DNA of 64,000 nt from an uncultured Gammaproteobacteria bacterium (GTDB taxonomy: Bacteria; Patescibacteriota; Patescibacteriia; UBA11705): assembly GCA_964413735.1 (NCBI GenBank), contig CAYPSS010000005.1:4398-68397 (forward strand). Reading direction: 5' to 3'. This document shows positions 38,304 to 48,671 of the stretch, piece after piece (position 1 is the first letter of the stretch; every line of letters starts with the position of its first letter). A program made the position numbers and the translations under genes. The notes under the pieces were generated by a model that saw only the letters and a program-made list of their open reading frames with translations, searched no databases and was not told the DNA's origin.

Positions 38304-41300
38304 TCATTTCAATTCCACACTGGACTCCCCCAATAATTGATTGATCACATCGACCAAAGACAAACAATATTTGACCCGAAAATTGGTTTTGACCATTTTA
38401 TTGTCGATTTTAAGAAATACTTGATTGTCTCCACGATATTGATTAAAAATAGTTTTCAATTTCTCGGCCAAAATCAAATCCGCGCCTTTGGGATACTTGA
38501 TCAAAACGGTTTTCTTATTTAATCCTTGAGGTTGAAACTGTTTGGCTTTTTGATTCACTTCATTAACATTGTTGATCGTCAAATCCCAAATCGCGTTAGC
38601 CAAAATTTTTGGTTCATTGTCCTTCAAACTCACTTGACCATGAATAACAATGAATTTTTCCGGCTGCAACATACTTTCCGTTTCCTTGAATAATTTGGGA
38701 AAGACAATCAATTCTACGCCCGTTAAATTATCTTCTATTCGCACAAAAAGCATAGGTTCACCTTTGGCGGTAATGATTTTTTTTATTGAAGTAATCACCC
38801 CACTAACCACCACTGGCGCGCGGTCAATAAATTCTTCATGTAAAATTCGAGACGGAGTATAAAAATTTTCATCCAATTTACCAATAAATTCCGTAAACGG
38901 GTGTTCGGAAACATAAAGACCCAAGAATTCTTTTTCCCAAGACAACCGTTGCGCCTTACTGGCGGTCTCCACTTCGATTAAGGAAAGTGTCGGTAAATTA
39001 CTGGCGCCATTCAAACTAAACAAATTAGCTTGTTTTTTGTTTTCTTCTTCATCAATGGCCTTAATAAATCTAATAATCCGATCAATATTTTCCAGAGCAC
39101 TGTTTCTTTCCACCAATTTATCCAAAGCTCCGCTTTTGGCCAACCCTTCAATTGACTTTTTATTCAAATCTTTTGACTTTACTCGAATTAATAAATCTTC
39201 CAAATTTTCAAATCGACCAAACCTTTTTCTTTCATGGATAATTTCTTTGACAATATTTTCACCTAAATTTCGTATCGCTTGCAAACCAAAACGAATTGTG
39301 GGTTTATTGTTTTTTAATGATTCCGCCACCACCGTAAAAGTGGTGAAACTTTCATTAATATCCGGTGGCAAAACTTCTATCCCCACTTGTTTACATTCAT
39401 CAATTTCAATAGCCACCCGATCCATATCTTGTTGATCACTGGTCAAAAGAGACGCCATAAATTCTACCGGATAATTAGCTTTCAAATAAGCGGTTTGATA
39501 AGCAATCAAAGCATAACAAGCAGCATGAGATTTATTAAAACCATATTCAGCAAACTTTTCCATACTGGAAAAAGTTTCTTCTGCCAATTTGCGGGGTAAA
39601 TGTCGAGATACACAACCATCAACAAAATCTTTTTTCATTTTGGCCATTAAATCCGCAATTTTCTTACCCATAGCCTTACGCAAAGTATCTGCCTGACCAC
39701 CGGTAAACCCCGCCATATCCTTTGACAATTGCATTACTTGTTCTTGATAGACAATTACGCCATAAGTATTTTTCAAGGCATTTTCCATAATCGGATGCGG
39801 ATATGATACTGTCTTGCGACCATGTTTACGATCAATAAATTCTTCCACCATACCGGAATTTAATGGACCGGGACGATACAATGAAACCATCGCAATCAAA
39901 TCTTCAAATTGCGTTGGTTTTAATTGACGCAAATATCTTTTCATCCCACTTGATTCAAATTGAAAAACTCCAGTAGTTTTTCCTTGTTGAAACAATTTAA
40001 AAGCTTTTTCATCATCTTGCGGAATTTTATCAATATCAATTTTTACTTGATGAATTTTTTCAATCACTTCACAAGCATGTTGGATAATAGTTAAGTTTTT
40101 TAATCCCAAAAAGTCCATTTTCAATAAACCTAAATCTTCTACCGGATGCAAAGAATATTGTGAAACAATATCTTGATCAGAAGTGGCGGAATATTGGACC
40201 GGCGTATATTCTGTCAGTGCTTTGGGAGTAATTAAAACACCACAAGCATGGGTCGAACTATGTCGTGCCACACCTTCCAATTTCAAAGAAAAATCAAGTA
40301 ATCGTTTGGCGTCAGAATTTGCCTTATATAAATCATTTAATTCAATATTTTGATTAATGGCATTTTCCAAAGTCATCCCCATTGGCACCATTTTTGCCAC
40401 TTTATCACAAAATGAATATGGCATATCCAAAACTCGACCCACATCACGCACCGCGGCACGTGCCGCCATTGTCCCAAATGTTATAATTTGCGCCACTTTA
40501 TCTTTGCCATATTTATTTTCCACATATCGCAACACATCGGCCCGTCGAACATCGGCAAAATCAGTATCAATATCAGGCATTGATATTCGATCGGGATTCA
40601 AAAATCGTTCAAACAACAAATCATAATCAAGCGGATTTAGATTGGTAATTTTGGTTAGATAAGCCACCAAACTTCCGGCCGCCGAACCACGTCCCGGGCC
40701 AACCACAATACCGTTGTTTTTCGCCCACACAATAAAATCTTGAACAATCAAAAAATAAGAAGCGTATCCGGTTTTTTCAATAACACTGAGTTCATAAGAT
40801 AAACGATCAATGATTTGTTTTTGTTCTTCAGTAGTAACATTTGAAGCCTCAAATCCAAAACGCTCCTTAATTCCCAAATGACAAAGATGGGTTAAATATT
40901 CAAAATCAGTTTGTCCCTCCGGTACGGCAAATTCCGGCAATTGAATTACACCTAAAGGAATCTCCAAATTACATTTTTGCGCCACCGTCAAAGTATTTTC
41001 AAGCACTTCTTTGTTTCCTCGGAAAAAACCGGCCATTTGCGCACTGGTGTAAAGAGAAAAATCTTCCCCCAAATAACTCATGCGATTTTCATCGGTAATT
41101 TTTTTCTTAGTCTGCAAACAAATTAAAATATCATGAGCTTCCGCATCTTGAGTATTTAAGTAATGCACATCATTGGTCGCCACCACCGGAATATTTAATT
41201 TTTTGCCCAATTCAAAAATTTTATCATTAACGATTTTTTGCTCGGGCAAATTTGGATGATGTTGCACTTCCAAATAATAATTACCTTCCCCAAATAAATT

Positions 41301-41786
41301 TAAATATTTTTTCGCGAGTGCTTCAAGTTGATCATCTTTTTGTTGATTTAATATCGCTCGTGGCAATTCTCCTTGCTGACAAGCGGACAAACAAATCAAA
41401 CCTTCATGGTATTGCTCTAATACTTCCCAATCAATTCGCGGTTTATAATAAAAGCCTTCCAAATAAGCAATACTGGTTAATTTAATCAAATTTTGATAAC
41501 CCTGATAATCTTTGGCTAATAAAATCACGTGAAAACGACGCTCTGTAGCATGTTCTTTTTTCAATCGTCCATTTTCCGCAATATAGGCCTCAACTCCGAT
41601 AATCGGTTTGATTCCTGCTTTTTTGCATTTTTGGTAAAACTCAATTGCCCCATACATGGAACCATGATCAGTCAACGCCAAAGCCGGCATCCCGTCCGAA
41701 GCTGCTTTTTGCACTAAATCATCGATTTTTGCCAAGCCATCAAGTAATGAATAATGACTATGGACATGAAGGTGAACAAAACTCAT
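38304..41786 (-). CDS. dnaE: DNA polymerase III alpha subunit
   Basis: HLHVHSHYSLLDG, GPGRGSAAGS, FERFLNPDR.SMPDIDTD, YGFNKSHA. Confidence 0.98.
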   Translation of the reverse strand: MSFVHLHVHSHYSLLDGLAKIDDLVQKAASDGMPALALTDHGSMYGAIEFYQKCKKAGIKPIIGVEAYIAENGRLKKEHATERRFHVILLAKDYQGYQNLIKLTSIAYLEGFYYKPRIDWEVLEQYHEGLICLSACQQGELPRAILNQQKDDQLEALAKKYLNLFGEGNYYLEVQHHPNLPEQKIVNDKIFELGKKLNIPVVATNDVHYLNTQDAEAHDILICLQTKKKITDENRMSYLGEDFSLYTSAQMAGFFRGNKEVLENTLTVAQKCNLEIPLGVIQLPEFAVPEGQTDFEYLTHLCHLGIKERFGFEASNVTTEEQKQIIDRLSYELSVIEKTGYASYFLIVQDFIVWAKNNGIVVGPGRGSAAGSLVAYLTKITNLNPLDYDLLFERFLNPDRISMPDIDTDFADVRRADVLRYVENKYGKDKVAQIITFGTMAARAAVRDVGRVLDMPYSFCDKVAKMVPMGMTLENAINQNIELNDLYKANSDAKRLLDFSLKLEGVARHSSTHACGVLITPKALTEYTPVQYSATSDQDIVSQYSLHPVEDLGLLKMDFLGLKNLTIIQHACEVIEKIHQVKIDIDKIPQDDEKAFKLFQQGKTTGVFQFESSGMKRYLRQLKPTQFEDLIAMVSLYRPGPLNSGMVEEFIDRKHGRKTVSYPHPIMENALKNTYGVIVYQEQVMQLSKDMAGFTGGQADTLRKAMGKKIADLMAKMKKDFVDGCVSRHLPRKLAEETFSSMEKFAEYGFNKSHAACYALIAYQTAYLKANYPVEFMASLLTSDQQDMDRVAIEIDECKQVGIEVLPPDINESFTTFTVVAESLKNNKPTIRFGLQAIRNLGENIVKEIIHERKRFGRFENLEDLLIRVKSKDLNKKSIEGLAKSGALDKLVERNSALENIDRIIRFIKAIDEEENKKQANLFSLNGASNLPTLSLIEVETASKAQRLSWEKEFLGLYVSEHPFTEFIGKLDENFYTPSRILHEEFIDRAPVVVSGVITSIKKIITAKGEPMLFVRIEDNLTGVELIVFPKLFKETESMLQPEKFIVIHGQVSLKDNEPKILANAIWDLTINNVNEVNQKAKQFQPQGLNKKTVLIKYPKGADLILAEKLKTIFNQYRGDNQVFLKIDNKMVKTNFRVKYCLSLVDVINQLLGESSVELK

Positions 41787-41930
41787 AATAATTTATTGAT
41801 TCCTTCACCAGTTTAACAAATTTTTATCCGCAAAACAAACTGACTTTTCAACAAAAAAGCACTTTGCATTGCAAAGTGCTTGAGGCCCTACTGAGCCTCC
41901 TTCTTTTCGAAAACATCAATCTCATCATCC

Positions 41931-42113
41931 TCAGCTTCCTCGAAGGCCTTCTTGGTCTTCTTCGAAGTAACGATCGGATAGTCGAGACCTAGTCATGGTC
42001 GAACGATTTTTCAGTGTTTGGCGGAATTCCAATGGTAAGCGTTGGCAAATCGTTGAGTCCTCGTTGTTGTCCATTGAACAGATCGTGTTCATGACATCAA
42101 TGATTCTAATCAT
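41931..42113 (-). CDS. Possible small hypothetical protein
   Basis: 60-aa ORF between hairpin terminators; no recognisable motif. Confidence 0.3.
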   Translation of the reverse strand: MIRIIDVMNTICSMDNNEDSTICQRLPLEFRQTLKNRSTMTRSRLSDRYFEEDQEGLRGS

Positions 42114-42165
42114 GCTTTTATGAAACTTAAAACCGGATCAAATTGACCGGTTTTTTTAATTCAAA

Positions 42166-44145
42166 TTATTCTATCGTTAAAGTATATAGTTGATCCTTGG
42201 TAATTTTTTCAGAAAACTGTATTTGATCGATTTTTTTTTCCGAACCAACCGCGGATATTTTTCTACCCAAATTAAGATTTAAATTAACCAACAGTTCCGA
42301 CACGCCAGATTGCTTTTGAATCAATAACTGATAATTACCATTATTCAAAGATTGATAAACACTATCCGGCAAATCATAAACATATTTCAAAGTTTTACTT
42401 TGTTTGGGTTCCACTTCAAAAAAATAACCAAAAACCGTTTTCCCCGACTCTTGAGAAAAATCAATTTCTTTGAAATCAATTTCCCGATTATTAAGTTCCA
42501 GTTTCTTCAATTGACTGCCAAGCGGAACATAAATTCTGGTGTAGCTACGATAACGCGTTGTTCGCCAATCAAAATATCCATCATTGGTGTACTTAACCGT
42601 TAATTCAGCCTGCAAACCATTGACGCGCGGTTTAACAACATATGAAATTTCTCGTTTCACCAACCGATCGGTTTTCAAAGCCGCTAAATTCGCATCCACC
42701 ACTTGCAAATAATCACCCAAAGTTTCAATCACCCGACCGGCCCAATACTTATTTTCAATATAATTCTGAACATCACTGTTTTTACTGTATAGTAAAATTG
42801 ATTTGTTATTTAAATTTTGTTCCAAAACATTTAAAAATTCCGGCCAACGTGAAACCGGCGTAGCATATAAACGCGCTTCCAATTCCTTGGCTAACTTACC
42901 AATAATTTCTTTTCTTTGTGTTAAATCAATCCCGGCTTTTAAATATCCCAATTCCACTTGATACTCCAATTCATCAACAAAATTATTTTGATCAAATGTT
43001 AAATCCTCAATGGTAATCGGCCCGAAAAAACCCAACAAACTGGCAATCACATCTGGGTTAATGGCAATTACACCATGAATGTTGTTTTCCATTCCGCCCT
43101 GCCAATGATAAAAATCCTCAACATTTTTCGCGGAAGTGGGAAAATCCGGCCACCAATTGGAATCACGCATATACCAATTTGGTTGTGCCATATATTTGGT
43201 AATTGGCGCTGGTGGTTGACGCGAAGGCAAATCCAAAGCTTTCACATCAATATTATAAATATTATCCGTAACAAAAGAAATCAAATCACCATTTTTTATT
43301 TTCACAATTCCATATTGCCCTAAAAATCCACCGCTGGGACGAAGTTCATGATTATTTTGCAACAAAAACAAATATGTTTTTTCTTGATCCAACCCGGCCA
43401 CTTCCGGCAATATTTTGGAAGCTTGAGCAAACTGTTTCACCCCACCGATAACCGCTGGTAAATATTGGGACAAAGGCTGAATAATTGAACCGAAATACTT
43501 GGAATTTTTGTGCGGTTGCAGTCGCGCATAAGCTTGCTCCACTTCAATAATTTTATTTTCATTTTTCTGTAAATAGTCACCTAATTCCACTAACTTTTCC
43601 AATAACATTTTCCTGTTTTCGCCGGAAATATCCGCCAAAACAATTGAATCAGTATGCAACACATTTAACAATTCCTCGCCAAAACCAGAAATCTCCACCA
43701 GCATCTCAGTCAAATTATTTGCCACAATCAAAAGATCATCCACTATTTGCAATTGTTCATTGATCGGAGTAAATCGAGTAAACCCCAAAGAACGGATTTG
43801 TCCGATTATTTGACTGATTAAGAAAAAATTTTCATTGGCGGCGGAAAACTCGGTTTGCGCCAAAGAAAATCTTTGTTCAACAAAAAGATTTTGTCCTTGA
43901 TCCAAATGTTGAAGCGCTTGATCAGCGTTTTGTGTAATTTGCTTGACCGGCGTAGCAAAATAATAAAAAGCGCCTCCGATAATAAGCGCTCCCAAAATAA
44001 TTAAAACTAAAATTGACCACAAAATCGCCGGCCACACATGTAAAAATAAATTCAATAAATTTTTTGGCCCATTACCAACATTTTTCCAAGTATTTTGATT
44101 TTTTTCTTTTTTTAACTGCTGTAAAAAATTTTGTTCTCCCTCCAT
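42166..44145 (-). CDS. DUF4012 domain protein
   Basis: YLFLLQNNHELRPSGGFLG, RDSNWWPDFPTSA, VVDANL..LKTD, YTRIYVP. Confidence 0.9.
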   Translation of the reverse strand: MEGEQNFLQQLKKEKNQNTWKNVGNGPKNLLNLFLHVWPAILWSILVLIILGALIIGGAFYYFATPVKQITQNADQALQHLDQGQNLFVEQRFSLAQTEFSAANENFFLISQIIGQIRSLGFTRFTPINEQLQIVDDLLIVANNLTEMLVEISGFGEELLNVLHTDSIVLADISGENRKMLLEKLVELGDYLQKNENKIIEVEQAYARLQPHKNSKYFGSIIQPLSQYLPAVIGGVKQFAQASKILPEVAGLDQEKTYLFLLQNNHELRPSGGFLGQYGIVKIKNGDLISFVTDNIYNIDVKALDLPSRQPPAPITKYMAQPNWYMRDSNWWPDFPTSAKNVEDFYHWQGGMENNIHGVIAINPDVIASLLGFFGPITIEDLTFDQNNFVDELEYQVELGYLKAGIDLTQRKEIIGKLAKELEARLYATPVSRWPEFLNVLEQNLNNKSILLYSKNSDVQNYIENKYWAGRVIETLGDYLQVVDANLAALKTDRLVKREISYVVKPRVNGLQAELTVKYTNDGYFDWRTTRYRSYTRIYVPLGSQLKKLELNNREIDFKEIDFSQESGKTVFGYFFEVEPKQSKTLKYVYDLPDSVYQSLNNGNYQLLIQKQSGVSELLVNLNLNLGRKISAVGSEKKIDQIQFSEKITKDQLYTLTIE

Positions 44146-44151
44146 ATTTTT

Positions 44152-44931
44152 TTAGCGATATTTCCATAAGTAACGACCCCAACTTTTGACATGACTACGC
44201 GTTAGTTTGTTGGTAAAAATTTGCCATAAACCGCCACCGCTCATTCGCATATGCATATGAATTACCGCCACTTCCCCCAAATAAACTACTTTATATCCCG
44301 CCAGCCAAATTCGACGACACAAATCAGTATCCTCAAAATACATAAAAAAACTCTCATCAAACAACCCGACTTCCTGGAAAATTCGCGCCGGCAACATCAT
44401 ACATGATCCTTGCACCCAATCAACATCTTTTACTCCCTGATGATCATAATCAAGCATTAAAAATTTATCAATTTTCTTTTTAATAAACGGAATTTTTTGC
44501 AAACCGGTTCGACGATACAAAGGGGTTAAAGTTTCATGCCATCGATAACAAGTATATTGCAATGAATGATCGGGATTTAGAAGTTTTGGAGCAATCAAAC
44601 CAATCTTTTGATGATTTTTTAAATATTGGAGCATTGCTTTAATACTATCACCGGTAATATAAATATCCGGATTAAGAATCAATATATATTCACCGCGTGC
44701 CACTTTGATGCCAGCATTGTTTCCGGCGCCCATACCCGAATTTTTACCGGTCTGAATAAATTTTACACTGGGGAAATCCGTTTTGATCAGCTGTTCCAAA
44801 TCATCACCCGAGTTATTATCAACTACAATAATTTCAAAATTCAAATCCGGTGGATTTTCCTGCAAATATCGTAAACAATTGCGAACCAATCGTTTCATTT
44901 TATAACTGAGAATGACAATTGATAATTCCAT
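44152..44931 (-). CDS. GT2 glycosyltransferase (WbbL-like)
   Basis: VVDNNS, GNN.G, LNPD, FDESFFMYFEDTDLC. Confidence 0.9.
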   Translation of the reverse strand: MELSIVILSYKMKRLVRNCLRYLQENPPDLNFEIIVVDNNSGDDLEQLIKTDFPSVKFIQTGKNSGMGAGNNAGIKVARGEYILILNPDIYITGDSIKAMLQYLKNHQKIGLIAPKLLNPDHSLQYTCYRWHETLTPLYRRTGLQKIPFIKKKIDKFLMLDYDHQGVKDVDWVQGSCMMLPARIFQEVGLFDESFFMYFEDTDLCRRIWLAGYKVVYLGEVAVIHMHMRMSGGGLWQIFTNKLTRSHVKSWGRYLWKYR

Positions 44932-44935
44932 ATGA

Positions 44936-45922
44936 TTATTTTAACCACCGCTCAATTTGTATCAGATCAATTTTTTTCTGTTCCATGATAATTTTTCTTT
45001 TGGCTAATAATGATTGGCGATTTTGATAAATCATTTTCCAAGCTTTCAATGTCCGCGGTTCTAAAAATAAAACATAAAAAAACTTCAATAGTTCATAACC
45101 AAATACCGGAGAAAAATAATGCCAATTAAAAATCGGTAAATTTTTAATCAATAAATACCAGTGGTTGCGATATGACAAATAATTGATAAACTTTGATTTT
45201 CGTCGACGATTCCTAATAATGGATTTGTTTTTCCCCTTTACCGGTTCCGCGGTGGTACGATCATGATAAGCAATCGCGGAGGGGACTTTATAAGACTCCC
45301 AGCCCTGATAACGCAATCGATAAGCCAAATCAACATCTTCCTTGTAAACCGGAGAAAAATCTTCATCAAAAAATTGATTATTGATTTTGATAGATTCCAA
45401 GGCTGAGCGACGATAAATTCCAATCGCACCGGATACACCGAAAATTTCTTCAATCGCATCATATTGCATTTCATCCAATTCACCGGATCCAATTTCCGAA
45501 AAACAATGATTTCGTTTAATTTGCAAGCCTAATGAATCAATGTATTTGGTTTTGTTCCCCTCTTGCAAGCGTAAAATTTTACCGGTAACTGATCCAACCT
45601 TGGGATGTTCATCTAAAAATTCAATGGTTTTTGCCAAAAAATCAGGTTCAAGCACAACATCTTGATTCAAAACTACCACATAATCGCTCTTTGACCAATG
45701 AATCGCCTGATTATGCGCTTTGGAAAATCCCAAATTTTCCCGATGTCGCACCACTTTCAAATGAGGATATTTTTCCAAAATTATTTCCACCGTATCATCA
45801 GCGGAATTATTATCAATAACCAATATTGAAAAATCAGTCATTGTTTGAGCAAACAATGATTGTAAACAATCATTAATATATTTGGCCCCATTCCAAGTGA
45901 CCAAATTAATAGAAACCTTCAT
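44936..45922 (-). CDS. GT2 glycosyltransferase
   Basis: VTWNG, IDNNSAD, LNQD, YKEDVDLAYR. Confidence 0.9.
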   Translation of the reverse strand: MKVSINLVTWNGAKYINDCLQSLFAQTMTDFSILVIDNNSADDTVEIILEKYPHLKVVRHRENLGFSKAHNQAIHWSKSDYVVVLNQDVVLEPDFLAKTIEFLDEHPKVGSVTGKILRLQEGNKTKYIDSLGLQIKRNHCFSEIGSGELDEMQYDAIEEIFGVSGAIGIYRRSALESIKINNQFFDEDFSPVYKEDVDLAYRLRYQGWESYKVPSAIAYHDRTTAEPVKGKNKSIIRNRRRKSKFINYLSYRNHWYLLIKNLPIFNWHYFSPVFGYELLKFFYVLFLEPRTLKAWKMIYQNRQSLLAKRKIIMEQKKIDLIQIERWLK

Positions 45923-45933
45923 AATAAAATAAT

Positions 45934-47421
45934 TTATCTTTTTTTCGGTGTAACCCAAAAACCCAAATGATATTTTTTGCCCAGCATTAATCTGGTTTGC
46001 GATTCAATGGCCGGAATCGATCCAAACAAAATCAAAGTCACCGGCAACATTAACCATTGTAAAACCATCACCAACCATTTTTTTCGCGACTGCGATTGCG
46101 GTCGTGGCGGTAATACCTTCAAACTGAAAAAGGCGGAAAAGAAAATACCGATCATGGAAATTCCCATCAATTTCTCCAAAACATAAGGAGTGTTTTGAAT
46201 CAAAACCGATGATGAAAACTCCGACAATCCGGCAATAAACAATGGCAAACGACCTAAAACAAAAATCAAAATCGGTGCCGCTGCCCAAGAAAACATCCCC
46301 TCAATTGAATTAAAAGCATGCTTAAATTTAACCCATTTAGGAATTTCCGGATGATTTCTGAATTGCGCCATTAAATAAGGGAAATGCTCCACCCCCCACG
46401 CCCAACGACGTTGTTGCTTATATAAATTTTTCGCACTTTGCTTCAAAGTATCAGCACTGACATTATCCATGGAAACCGGAATATATAAAGGCACTACGGA
46501 AAAATTGCCATTATAACGGAAAAAACCTTGTAAAAAAATTCGAGAATCATCAGTCACAATGTCTTTTTGCCAAAAACCAATATCGACCAATGCTTTATAT
46601 GGCATAGAGTGTGAAGAAAAGGTATACATTCTTTCCGGTCGCGTTAACTCCGCCATTAACCAAAAAACCGTACCAAAAGCCGTAATACGCGCAATGGCCG
46701 GTGCTTCCCAAATATTATTATTATAAACCACCGCCGGTTGATAAGCTTTGTGAATCGGATCGTCCGTGGTTAAATATTTATAAGTCAAATATGAAAAATA
46801 ATCAGGATGAACACAAGTATCAGAATCAAAATACGAACACATAATATTTTCATAAGACAGTCCCATTTGATCAATCACTTTTCGCCCTTCATGTCCGGCG
46901 TAATGCGCATTAGCCCCCTTCCCCTTCATTTCATCCGGCAAACCATCGGGGTGAACGGTAAAAATTAATTTATAAAATATTTTTTCGTATTTTTCCTTTA
47001 ATAATTTTTCATTAGGCGCAAAACTATCCAAACAACGTTCTTCACCGGCCAAATGAATAATCATCTTATCTTTCGGATAAGTACTTTCCCTTAAACTTTT
47101 CAAAGTATTATCCAAAACTTCAAAAGGCTCTCCAGCTGTTGGTAATAAAATGTAATGATAAATTTCCGTCCATTTTGGTTGATCTTTTTCCAATTTTTGG
47201 AGCCAATTAACTTTATTGTCTTGACGGAAACGACGCCAAGAATAAATAACCAAAATAATAAAATAAACGATTCTAAATAACCACAACAAATCAAAAGCAA
47301 TAATAAAAAATATCACCCACAAAGGTCTAATAAATGACAAAACCAAAGAAGCGATAAAAACCGTCCACAAAATAGCGCCGGGTATAATTTCATGAATTCT
47401 TTTTTTGGTTTCCGGGGTCAT
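45934..47421 (-). CDS. Membrane processive-type GT2 glycosyltransferase
   Basis: GKGAN, FDSD, VTDD, QQRRWAWG and TM helices. Confidence 0.88.
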   Translation of the reverse strand: MTPETKKRIHEIIPGAILWTVFIASLVLSFIRPLWVIFFIIAFDLLWLFRIVYFIILVIYSWRRFRQDNKVNWLQKLEKDQPKWTEIYHYILLPTAGEPFEVLDNTLKSLRESTYPKDKMIIHLAGEERCLDSFAPNEKLLKEKYEKIFYKLIFTVHPDGLPDEMKGKGANAHYAGHEGRKVIDQMGLSYENIMCSYFDSDTCVHPDYFSYLTYKYLTTDDPIHKAYQPAVVYNNNIWEAPAIARITAFGTVFWLMAELTRPERMYTFSSHSMPYKALVDIGFWQKDIVTDDSRIFLQGFFRYNGNFSVVPLYIPVSMDNVSADTLKQSAKNLYKQQRRWAWGVEHFPYLMAQFRNHPEIPKWVKFKHAFNSIEGMFSWAAAPILIFVLGRLPLFIAGLSEFSSSVLIQNTPYVLEKLMGISMIGIFFSAFFSLKVLPPRPQSQSRKKWLVMVLQWLMLPVTLILFGSIPAIESQTRLMLGKKYHLGFWVTPKKR

Positions 47422-47491
47422 AACACTAAACTTGGTTGATTAAAAATTAAAATCAAATTCATTGATATATTAGCGAAAAAATCATTTTTCG

Positions 47492-48649
47492 TCAATGTAC
47501 CAATTCATAAACAGCGTGCCCAAACCCAACCACAAACATAATAATCAAACCCCAGCCAATTAAGTGTAATTTAGGCAAAGAAAAAGCCGGCTTTTGATCA
47601 CCACTTTTTTTTGCTCGCCAAAAAGTGGCCACAATTAATACACCAGACAAACCAAAGGTTAAACTTCCGGCAATTTCAATGATTTTGATAAAATCTCGAC
47701 TGATAAACATAAATATCGCAAAGGGCACCGACACCACCAATAGCCAAGACAACCACAAAGGTATATGCATATCAAAGTGAAACATCTGGCGCAATGAAAG
47801 ACCAATGGTTATAAAACAAGTACTCATAGCCAAAGCCGCGAAAATATTTCCCAGAAGCAAAGCAAACTCTCCTAAACTTTCACCTATTCCAATGGTGGCG
47901 ATTTGCGTTGTTTGCAAACCGGTCACGCCAACCACCACGACTGCAAATATCGTGTACAAAATAATAGGAATGGAACTCCCTACAATAATCGCTCGATGCA
48001 CCAAGGCTTCTCGACCACGCAAAATTTCTCGTACAACAAAAATTGCGTTTATGCCACTAAAAGCAAACAACAATACACCATAGGTTAAAAAAATATTTTT
48101 CAAATCCATTGTTTGATAATTGGCAAAATCAATATGCGGAGCGCTGTAAAAAGATAAAATAATAATTACCGTCACCACCATTAAAACCATCCAAACATCA
48201 ATTACTTTAATGATTTTTATACCAATGAATAAAACCACTGCCGCGATTAAATAAAAAATTACACTAAATGTAAAAGCATTTTCCGGTTGATTAAACATTT
48301 CACTTAACACTCTTCCCTGCCCAATCAAATAAGCGGTTAACGCTCCAAAGGCCGCAATCGCAAAACTAACAAACTCCAAATAAGCCCATTTTTTCCCTAG
48401 ATATTTTTTCACCACGCCAACCACTTGATGTCTGAATTTGGTTCGCAAAAAAATTTCCGCCATCATTAAATGAATCATCATTATCGCCAAACCAATTAAA
48501 ATTAAAACCACCAATCCGGGGATTAACCCTGTTTGAGCAATCACATAAGGAATACCCAACACACCGGCCCCAATAATTGTACCCATCAAAGCGGCTACCG
48601 CCTGCCAAAATTGTTTTATTTTCCAAAAACTTTCTTTTTCTTGAAGCAT
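47492..48649 (-). CDS. Aromatic amino acid permease family transporter
   Basis: GTIIGAGVLGIPY, YGVLLFAF; about 11 TM helices. Confidence 0.85.
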   Translation of the reverse strand: MLQEKESFWKIKQFWQAVAALMGTIIGAGVLGIPYVIAQTGLIPGLVVLILIGLAIMMIHLMMAEIFLRTKFRHQVVGVVKKYLGKKWAYLEFVSFAIAAFGALTAYLIGQGRVLSEMFNQPENAFTFSVIFYLIAAVVLFIGIKIIKVIDVWMVLMVVTVIIILSFYSAPHIDFANYQTMDLKNIFLTYGVLLFAFSGINAIFVVREILRGREALVHRAIIVGSSIPIILYTIFAVVVVGVTGLQTTQIATIGIGESLGEFALLLGNIFAALAMSTCFITIGLSLRQMFHFDMHIPLWLSWLLVVSVPFAIFMFISRDFIKIIEIAGSLTFGLSGVLIVATFWRAKKSGDQKPAFSLPKLHLIGWGLIIMFVVGFGHAVYELVH

Positions 48650-48671
48650 TTTGTTTTTATTATCAATTAAT